Virus record (IMG/VR): IMGVR_UViG_3300048670_000254
Span: 1-31,629 of that record
DNA length: 31,629 bases
Direction: 5' to 3' (one strand)
Source: a virus
Lineage: Duplodnaviria > Caudoviricetes
Shown: positions 25,372 through 31,629 of the stretch, one piece after another
Layout: each line of letters opens with the position of its first letter
How positions within the stretch are numbered: position 1 is the first letter of the stretch
Notes under the pieces: generated by a model
Database searches by the model: none
What the model was told of the DNA's origin: nothing
Seen by the model: the letters and a program-made list of their open reading frames with translations, nothing else
Program-made: the position numbers and the translations under genes

Positions 25372-26021
25372 CGCTTCTCCAAGATGTAGCCAGCGAATTC
25401 TCCAAGCCGGAAGAACTCGACTGCGTTGAATGGCATTTCATGTTTCATCACTGGCCTCTGGATGCCACATAGCTGTAGCTCCTTGGCTACGATGTCTGCT
25501 GGTTTGACTGCGTTCTGCATTTTCCAATCCATTGTGAGCCTCCTTATTGTTGTTCCTGCGTAACCTTCTTCTGCTTCCATTTTCTCCACCAAAATAATTG
25601 CCCCGCCATAGTTGCATTTCTGCATTAAATCGTCAAGAAATTTTCCTCTTTTATTCACAGGCATGAACATGAATGAAAGAAAGAAGATTGCCAAATCGAA
25701 TGGCTCGTACTCCACCTCCATCGCATCTTGGCAGATTAACTTTCCAATTCCTCCCTTGTAATTGTCTGCCAGTTCCTCGCTCTCTTCGATGGCAAAGAAT
25801 CGCAGATCTCTTTCCTCAATCAGTGGAGTGAGTGCCTTTCCAATATTTCCTGTGGATGCACCAATATCGTAGATCAATCCATCCTTGGGTGCGTAGCTTC
25901 TGGTTATAAAGGCTGTGGCTTGAGTTGCGAAATCATACCAAGGGAGTTGTTCCCTGACATGATTGTCGAAGTTTTGTGCCAGCTTTTCGTCTTTAAATGT
26001 CCAATCTTTAATACCATTCAT
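25368..26021 (-). CDS. CmoA-like carboxy-SAM synthase / SAM-binding protein
   Basis: DWTFKDEKLAQNFDNHVREQLPWY and YDIGASTG parallel the CmoA DWTFDE...FxDMxxRSVPGY and YDLGCSLG; also GGAIILVEK. Confidence 0.75.
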   Translation of the reverse strand: MNGIKDWTFKDEKLAQNFDNHVREQLPWYDFATQATAFITRSYAPKDGLIYDIGASTGNIGKALTPLIEERDLRFFAIEESEELADNYKGGIGKLICQDAMEVEYEPFDLAIFFLSFMFMPVNKRGKFLDDLMQKCNYGGAIILVEKMEAEEGYAGTTIRRLTMDWKMQNAVKPADIVAKELQLCGIQRPVMKHEMPFNAVEFFRLGEFAGYILEKR

Positions 26022-27000
26022 ATCCTAATTTCCTCCCTATTGCTTCTATGATTTGTATTGTTACTGTTCTACCGCATCTTTCGTATCGCTCGCTGTCTGT
26101 AGCCTGTTTGAGCGTCCCATCATCCATTTTCATCCACTTCGTAAAGTCATCCGGTAGCCCCTGTAGCCTCTCGCACTCCACGCAGGTCAGTTTCCGGATG
26201 TTTCTACCGTCCAATGATACCCCCATTTTGTTTTGTGGGGTTGAGTCGAGAGTCCAGATGTAATCGCTCTGCCTGTTGCGATCCACCATATTCGACTGGG
26301 TGTGGCTTCTGGCATGAATGAATGGCACATTACCACCTCCTGTACCCATATGGGCTAACAGAGTTGGGGAAATTCCATCTGTGAATCGTCTGAATTGGTT
26401 CTCTCGCCGGATGAACTGGAGGATTTCTGGCTGTCCACTGGCTCCTTCTCCAGCATCCTTTGCACCTGTTTCTCCGATAGGAAATACTTTTGGTCTGGGT
26501 TTTCCTCTAATATTTGCAATAAGGAACACCCTTTCTCTGTGTTGCGGGACTCCGAAATTTTTGCTGTCAAGTAGTTCCCATTGAGCGTCATACCCCAAGC
26601 CATCCAAGATTTCGAGTATGACTCCGAAGGTTCTTCCTTCATCGTGGTTGAGCAGTCCTTTAACATTCTCGAAAAGTATGTATGGTATTCCTCGATCCCT
26701 AGCCAATCGAAACATTTCAAAAGCGAGAGTGCCTCTGGCATCTTCCAGATCGAAACCCGATCTTTTCCCTGCAATTGAGAAAGTGGCACAAGGAAATCCT
26801 CCACAAATGAGATCTGCTTCTGGAAGTTCTGATCCGGAAACAGTTCGAATGTCTCGTCCGTCTGGTTGCTCTCCGAATTGTTTTGCATAGATTCTCCTTG
26901 GTTTTTCAAGCCATTCGTTTGCCCACACGCACTGATGCCCTGTTGCCTCCAATCCAAGCCGGAAACCACCGATTCCAGCAAAAAGCTCTATGAATTTCAA
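26008..27000 (-). CDS. C5 cytosine DNA methyltransferase family enzyme, candidate carboxymethyltransferase
   Basis: FAGIGG (I), GGFPC (IV), ENVKGL (VI), QHRER (VIII), ECERLQG (IX); motif X reads CGRTVT. Confidence 0.9.
   Translation of the reverse strand: MKFIELFAGIGGFRLGLEATGHQCVWANEWLEKPRRIYAKQFGEQPDGRDIRTVSGSELPEADLICGGFPCATFSIAGKRSGFDLEDARGTLAFEMFRLARDRGIPYILFENVKGLLNHDEGRTFGVILEILDGLGYDAQWELLDSKNFGVPQHRERVFLIANIRGKPRPKVFPIGETGAKDAGEGASGQPEILQFIRRENQFRRFTDGISPTLLAHMGTGGGNVPFIHARSHTQSNMVDRNRQSDYIWTLDSTPQNKMGVSLDGRNIRKLTCVECERLQGLPDDFTKWMKMDDGTLKQATDSERYERCGRTVTIQIIEAIGRKLGYEWY
26355..26888 (-). CDS. Nested +1-frame ORF inside the MTase (EcoHK31I beta-like)
   Basis: ATG 26888 has AAGGAG 5 nt upstream; 177 aa with WMAWGMTLNG...CSLLQILEENPDQKYFLS. 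Confidence 0.6.
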   Translation of the reverse strand: MQNNSESNQTDETFELFPDQNFQKQISFVEDFLVPLSQLQGKDRVSIWKMPEALSLLKCFDWLGIEEYHTYFSRMLKDCSTTMKEEPSESYSKSWMAWGMTLNGNYLTAKISESRNTEKGCSLLQILEENPDQKYFLSEKQVQRMLEKEPVDSQKSSSSSGERTNSDDSQMEFPQLC

Positions 27001-27845
27001 GCGTTTTCTAGCTCTTTTGCGATCTGATTATACAGTCCAATGATCGCTTTGTGGTTCTTGGTATTGTATTTTGACCTTAACAACTCGTCGTGGAACTGGT
27101 TTGTCCGTGAATTTATCTGGTATGATGAGTGCTTTCTATGCCCACCAACCCTATCGAAATACTCCGAAAAGGCTCTCGTAACTATGTTTTTGTGTGGTCT
27201 GATGATGTCTTTGAGCCTGAACTGAAGGAAAAATTCTTCAATCCTCTTGTCTGCATATGCATCCACCCATTTAACTCCGTAATCCAATGCTATTTTCTTG
27301 CTTAAAAGCTCCATAGAATCCTCCACATTATCCAGACTGACTCTTTTGCCAGCATCCAATACCGCAATCTCTCCCTTGGTTTTCAGCATTATATTAACTT
27401 TTCTCTTGTCCGGCTGGTAGTCATCAGCCGACAGCCCATTAAGCATTACAGAGGCATTACAGGCCGAAAATAGGTGCTTTAATGGCCTTAAAGTCTCTAT
27501 CTTGGTCTTTAATATCTTATTCCCACAGTATGGAATAATTTCCCTTGTTTCCCTGTAAATTGTATCAATGTCCGACGGCATTCTTACCTCTACAAGATTA
27601 ACCCCAAATTCAGCGCAATACTTCCTAGATTCCAAGAGATCATCGCTTTCGTATCCGTCTTGATAAAAAGTGTAACACTCAAAATCAATATCTAGTTCCT
27701 TTAGGCAAAAGAAGATTGATGCGCTATCAATGCCTCCAGACATGGCCAATGCAACTGGTTCTTGAGTCACTGACCTGTGAACGCTATCTATTAAAAGATC
27801 CCTGAAAGTCGATATGTCCGACTTCTCAATTGGCCTAAAATTCAC
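26997..27845 (-). CDS. Asparagine-synthase-like PP-loop ATP-dependent amide ligase (no glutaminase domain)
   Basis: VALAMSGGIDSASI and MLNGLSADD; 282 aa. Confidence 0.8.
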   Translation of the reverse strand: MNFRPIEKSDISTFRDLLIDSVHRSVTQEPVALAMSGGIDSASIFFCLKELDIDFECYTFYQDGYESDDLLESRKYCAEFGVNLVEVRMPSDIDTIYRETREIIPYCGNKILKTKIETLRPLKHLFSACNASVMLNGLSADDYQPDKRKVNIMLKTKGEIAVLDAGKRVSLDNVEDSMELLSKKIALDYGVKWVDAYADKRIEEFFLQFRLKDIIRPHKNIVTRAFSEYFDRVGGHRKHSSYQINSRTNQFHDELLRSKYNTKNHKAIIGLYNQIAKELENA

Positions 27846-28085
27846 TTATAGAATCTCTTCTTCTCGCTCGATAACTACCGTAAGCTCGATCTCACGGCTT
27901 GTGCCTCTGATGTCCATTACGAGTGGGAGCATTTCATGCAAAAGCTTCCCCTTTTTTGTTGCGTAGCTTCTGGCCAACTCAATTATGGCAGTCCTTGTGA
28001 CTAGGGGAATATCCCCAATGCGCCGGATCGGGTGAGTTGCCGTCTTGCACATATCCGCAAACTTTTTTCTGTTTAGTTTTCTCAT
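27846..28085 (-). CDS. Hypothetical protein
   Basis: Fills the operon gap with an ATGA overlap. Confidence 0.6.
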   Translation of the reverse strand: MRKLNRKKFADMCKTATHPIRRIGDIPLVTRTAIIELARSYATKKGKLLHEMLPLVMDIRGTSREIELTVVIEREEEIL

Positions 28086-28516
28086 CTGAACCAGTTCTCT
28101 AGGTCTTCCATGGTTGCTGTCCGTTTACGCAATTCACTTGAAGAGTAAATGTGCTTCCGTTTGTGATAGTGGATCTCGATCCCATTGTCCAGACAATACT
28201 GCTTTCCGGTGAAATCTTTTCCGATGTATTCCTCGCTCAAGAATCGTATGTCGATCTTCTGGGTTTTGATCAACTGCTCCAGATCAAATTCAGTCTCATA
28301 GACTAGGATTTCATCCACATACCTGCACCCTTGGAGTTGCACATAACGCTCGTAAAGGCTCTGTATTGGCTTGTTTTTAGTGTCCTGACGGTCAATCGAT
28401 GGATCTACCTGTAATGCCACCTTCAGGTAATCACAGAGATCTTTTTCCATCTTCAGCATGGTCACATGGCCAGCGTGAAGCAGGTCAAAGCAGGAGCAAT
28501 TGAATCCAATCTTCAT
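28082..28516 (-). CDS. TagD-like (glycerol-3-phosphate) cytidylyltransferase
   Basis: MKIGFNCSCFDLLHAGH (HxGH) and YSSSELR; start reassigned to ATG 28516 (ATGA overlap). Confidence 0.85.
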   Translation of the reverse strand: MKIGFNCSCFDLLHAGHVTMLKMEKDLCDYLKVALQVDPSIDRQDTKNKPIQSLYERYVQLQGCRYVDEILVYETEFDLEQLIKTQKIDIRFLSEEYIGKDFTGKQYCLDNGIEIHYHKRKHIYSSSELRKRTATMEDLENWFR

Positions 28517-29493
28517 GCTACCCACCATGGGTTCCAGAGCGTCCATACAACTACTTCTTTTAGCGAATCCTCGAAGTCCATCTCCTGCTTCCATCCAAGC
28601 GACTCAATCTTCGAGCCGTCCAGAGCGTACTTTTTATCGTATCCGGAACGCACTGATTCACCGTCAACAAGCTCTGTTTTTGCATCAAAATCCATTATTT
28701 TTGCTATTTTATTTACCAGATCAATATTGGTTACCTCATCCTGCCCTGCCACATTGTACCTGTCCGGAAGCTCCTCGTTCTCTGATCCGGAGTACATCTT
28801 CACATCCCTGCGAAGGATGAAAGAGATAGCCGATGATAGATTATCGACATGAATGTACTTTCTTGAGCCGGAATTGCCCTTATTTGAGTAGATTGGGATC
28901 GTCCTGCCCTCTGCTATGTACTTTATGGTCTTGGGGATCATTTTCTCCGGATTCTGGCTCTTTCCGAACATATTCTGCGAGTTAATGATGGCCAGCGGTA
29001 CTTGGTAGGTTCTCCAATAGGAAATGGCGATTGCCTCCTGACAGGCTTTCGATGCTGAATAAGGATTGGATGGAACGATCTTGTCCCATTCTTTATGGGG
29101 TTCGCCGTAGCACTGGCCATAGACTTCATCCGTGGAAAGGTGGATAAACTTCTTCACGCTTTTCTTTTTTGCGAGATCCAGAATGTTTAGCATCAGGTTA
29201 ACATTATTTGTGATGACGGCATCCGGCGACTTGATCGACCTTTCAATGGCCGACTCACTGGCAATATTGATTATGGCATCGATGCTTCCGATCTTGGCTG
29301 ATAGCACATCAGACACGGGCGCATTCAGATCGTGGGTTAGGTGAGTGAATCTTGGATCTTTTGAGATCCTCTGGGAATCTCCCATATGCCGTAACGAGTC
29401 TAATCCGATGACATTGTATGGTGTCTTTTTTAATAGATACTCAACGAAGTTTGACCCGACGAATCCTGCGCTTCCGGTTACCAGCACATTCAT
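28513..29493 (-). CDS. rfbB: dTDP-glucose 4,6-dehydratase (RmlB-like SDR)
   Basis: TGSAGFVG, STDEVYG, PYSASK, EKMIPK, RSGYDKKYALD. Confidence 0.85.
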   Translation of the reverse strand: MNVLVTGSAGFVGSNFVEYLLKKTPYNVIGLDSLRHMGDSQRISKDPRFTHLTHDLNAPVSDVLSAKIGSIDAIINIASESAIERSIKSPDAVITNNVNLMLNILDLAKKKSVKKFIHLSTDEVYGQCYGEPHKEWDKIVPSNPYSASKACQEAIAISYWRTYQVPLAIINSQNMFGKSQNPEKMIPKTIKYIAEGRTIPIYSNKGNSGSRKYIHVDNLSSAISFILRRDVKMYSGSENEELPDRYNVAGQDEVTNIDLVNKIAKIMDFDAKTELVDGESVRSGYDKKYALDGSKIESLGWKQEMDFEDSLKEVVVWTLWNPWWVA

Positions 29494-29780
29494 ACTGCAA
29501 GCTCTTCCTCGACCTCTTCCTCAACCTCGACTGCTGGCTCAAGCTCCCTGAACCTTTCGACCCTGAATCCCCTCTCCCGATGCGGAGGAGTCTTACTGGA
29601 TGGATTAGTAAGCTCAACAAGTGTAACAGCGATCTCACCCGCTTCTCCGTTCAGTCCTACTCCAACTTCTACATCCCTTACCGTATAAACCCTGTCTTTC
29701 AGGGGTAGATTCGTATAGTAAAGAAGGATCTCCGGAGGGAATCTGTCGTCCACGCATATTACTTTTGTGCCACTTACCAT
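29490..29780 (-). CDS. Hypothetical protein (KVICVDD...YTVR...RF family)
   Basis: Common small phage protein pattern; ATGA overlap. Confidence 0.75.
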   Translation of the reverse strand: MVSGTKVICVDDRFPPEILLYYTNLPLKDRVYTVRDVEVGVGLNGEAGEIAVTLVELTNPSSKTPPHRERGFRVERFRELEPAVEVEEEVEEELAV

Positions 29781-29812
29781 TTAATGTCTCGTAGGAATCT
29801 GGTTGATGGAAG

Positions 29813-30136
29813 TTATTCCATGGAAAGGGCATCTAGTGCCATCTTTCCTATCTTGGAGTCTGCTTCTGCTAGGACTTTAAGCTGTTCCTTGAGTCGTTTA
29901 TTGGATGCCTCTAGGTGCATGACCCTGAAGTACAGGGCTTCGTTCTTTTCACGCATCTGCTCTAGGCCGGATTTCAGTACCTCGACCACTGCGTTTTGTT
30001 TTGGCTGGATATTTGTCACGCTGTCCGTAATGCTCATGCGATAACAATTAGCATCTCCGAAACAGCTTTGGCAATCCTTTTTTTCGTCTTGTTTGATGTC
30101 GATAACTTCGATAATGGCTGGTGCGTCAATAAGCAT
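29813..30136 (-). CDS. Hypothetical coiled-coil protein
   Basis: AAGGAGA SD; heptad-rich C-half. Confidence 0.65.
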   Translation of the reverse strand: MLIDAPAIIEVIDIKQDEKKDCQSCFGDANCYRMSITDSVTNIQPKQNAVVEVLKSGLEQMREKNEALYFRVMHLEASNKRLKEQLKVLAEADSKIGKMALDALSME

Positions 30137-30243
30137 AATTTCTCCTTTTTGGTTTTGGGGTGCGAGTGTCGGATAATGTCAAACAGATCGCATCCGTCCA
30201 CAAAAAAGAAAAATATTATTCACCTTGGTTGATTCGAATAGCA

Positions 30244-30441
30244 CTACGCTGTAACACATTCTTTTACCGATTGAATTACCACATTCCCATAAAAAGATGG
30301 GCAAGATCCACCATTCTGTTCCGGTTGAAAATCCGAAATAATAGCATGGCCTTTATTGATTCCACGAACTAACTTTCTAGCCTCGCTTTCAGAAGATGCC
30401 TCTACCGAAAGCGTATAATACGCTTTCTCGTAAATCTCCAC
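30244..30441 (-). CDS. Hypothetical protein
   Basis: VEASSESEARK motif typical of small early phage proteins; start uncertain. Confidence 0.55.
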   Translation of the reverse strand: MEIYEKAYYTLSVEASSESEARKLVRGINKGHAIISDFQPEQNGGSCPSFYGNVVIQSVKECVTA

Positions 30442-30478
30442 TTTGAATGTTTTATTTATGGCTAATCTCCTTTCTTGG

Positions 30479-30646
30479 TTAGGCTGTTACCAGCCCTGCT
30501 TCGATTAGTTCCTTGGCCGTCCGGCCATAGCTACCCTGTAGCGACCAAGCCAGTCCAGTGTTAACTAGATTCTGGAATAGTTCGATCACTCCGGCTTCGT
30601 CTAGCTCTCCGTTCTCGTAGGCTAGGATTTGATTGATGTTGTTCAT
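30479..30646 (-). CDS. Small conserved phage protein, 55 aa
   Basis: Not in the track: MNNINQILAYENGELDEAGVIELFQNLVNTGLAWSLQGSYGRTAKELIEAGLVTA*, with AGAAAGGA SD. Confidence 0.8.
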   Translation of the reverse strand: MNNINQILAYENGELDEAGVIELFQNLVNTGLAWSLQGSYGRTAKELIEAGLVTA

Positions 30647-30672
30647 GGTTGGTTTCCTTTCTGGGTTAGTGG

Positions 30673-31068
30673 TTATTTTGCTGATTTTTTCAATGCCCTT
30701 TTCTTTGCGTCTTCCAAATACTTTTCAATCTTTTGTTTTCTTTCTTCATCCGTCTTGCACCAGTTCTCATATTGCCAAGCTCCGAAACTTTTGCCGTTCC
30801 TAGTCGCTTGCGCCCTATATGCGATATGCGTACCAATCTCCTCTGGCTTGCTTAATCTGTTTTCATCCTCGCAGTCAGTTTGAATTCTGGTCACCGTAAA
30901 TGTGGTGATTTTAGCTCCGATTTCCCTGCCCTTTTGGTCGAGAATTCCGAAACTATATTCCTTCCTCTCATGATCAGAATTGGTTTCAATACAACGCACA
31001 TACCCTTCCTGCACCCAATGGGGTACGGATTGCGTTTCGTTGGCTTCGGCTTCTGTTGTTGTTTTCAT
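30673..31068 (-). CDS. Hypothetical early protein
   Basis: 131 aa with its own promoter; QATRNGKSFGA motif. Confidence 0.75.
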   Translation of the reverse strand: MKTTTEAEANETQSVPHWVQEGYVRCIETNSDHERKEYSFGILDQKGREIGAKITTFTVTRIQTDCEDENRLSKPEEIGTHIAYRAQATRNGKSFGAWQYENWCKTDEERKQKIEKYLEDAKKRALKKSAK

Positions 31069-31074
31069 GCTCGT

Positions 31075-31103
31075 ACTCTACTATATGCTAACCAGCTTTG
31101 CAA
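31075..31103 (-). promoter_or_regulatory. Sigma70-like leaderless promoter TTGCAA-17-TAGAGT-6-ATG
   Basis: -35 at 31098-31103, -10 at 31075-31080, ATG at 31068. Confidence 0.65.
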
Positions 31104-31294
31104 GCTTTATTTTTAACTTTCTTTTTAGGCAATTCTTCTAGGAGCTTTCGGTACTGGTAGGAGTCCAGCCCCTTGTAGGCTACCTTGCGGATCTCCTCCA
31201 GCACTGCTCTGGGATCTTTTGCCTTCAGTCCCTCATCTGCCTTCGATGCGATCAAAAGCAGTGTTTTGTAGTAGCTTTCCTGTGAGTTGTTCAT
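31088..31294 (-). CDS. Hypothetical protein
   Basis: AGGAGG SD upstream. Confidence 0.7.
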   Translation of the reverse strand: MNNSQESYYKTLLLIASKADEGLKAKDPRAVLEEIRKVAYKGLDSYQYRKLLEELPKKKVKNKACKAG

Positions 31295-31334
31295 TATTGC
31301 CTCCTGTTTCGCTTTTAAATGCCCCTAGAACGCA

Positions 31335-31574
31335 TCAGGGGAGGACATACCGCCGTCCAATCGTTCCGGACTCTGTGACAGCCAGAAAGGGCAATAAACG
31401 CCGGAATGCCGTAAACCGGAACCGCTTATCCTTCTTTCCGTTCTTGTCGTAGAGTCGAGTCTTGAACTTCTGCCCTCCGTCTGTGAATGTCTCAATGCAG
31501 GATTGGAAGTACCCGCCGTCAGACAGGATTCCAAGTGCCTCTCGTAACTGTGATGGTGCGATTGCTGTGTTCAT
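31335..31574 (-). CDS. Hypothetical protein
   Basis: AAGGAGG SD upstream. Confidence 0.7.
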   Translation of the reverse strand: MNTAIAPSQLREALGILSDGGYFQSCIETFTDGGQKFKTRLYDKNGKKDKRFRFTAFRRLLPFLAVTESGTIGRRYVLP

Positions 31575-31629
31575 GTGACCTCCTTTATTTTGGTAGTGTT
31601 ACTGCGAAGACGATCAGATTTCCCAATAC

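Noticed and set aside
25247-25441. 64-aa ORF in the track
   Set aside because: The coupled 36-aa hydrophobic ORF 25261..25371 fits the gap better.
28517-28594. N-terminal extension of the TagD-like ORF
   Set aside because: Overlaps rfbB; the family starts at MKIGF (28516) with an ATGA overlap.
30177-30182. TTGACA upstream of ATG 30136
   Set aside because: 40 nt from the ATG with no -10 at a proper spacing; fits neither promoter class.
1-31629. tRNA, rRNA, integrase, transposase, intron/intein, alternative genetic code
   Set aside because: None recognised; known genes are intact under the standard code and end in all three stop codons.

Overview
A 31.6-kb fragment of a tailed phage genome (Caudoviricetes with lambda-type terminase and portal), coded almost entirely on the minus strand. 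Reading right to left it contains small early genes, then nucleotide-sugar genes (dTDP-glucose 4,6-dehydratase, TagD-like cytidylyltransferase). Next is a probable DNA-hypermodification trio: a PP-loop Asn-synthase-like ligase, a C5 cytosine MTase whose motif X reads GRTV instead of GNxV and which contains a nested +1-frame gene, and a CmoA-like carboxy-SAM synthase. This is followed by terS, a ParB-like gene, terL (GpA), a gpW-like gene, a ferritin-like gene and the portal. After the portal lies a 1294-aa polyvalent protein whose modules (GNAT, SAM-lyase-like, ADP-ribosyltransferase-like, zeta-toxin-like) each start with a YDPxQxRDxxGxW repeat. Then come a divergently transcribed accessory insert, prohead protease/scaffold, a decoration protein and the major capsid protein, a four-gene glycosylation cluster including an exostosin(GT47)-radical SAM fusion, neck/tail-completion genes and repeat-rich fibre genes. 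Two recurring upstream architectures were seen: sigma70-like promoters ending 5-6 nt before ATG (leaderless), and a TTGACA-N13-17-ATG element in front of six structural genes. All family assignments come from recognising motifs by eye; no searches were run.
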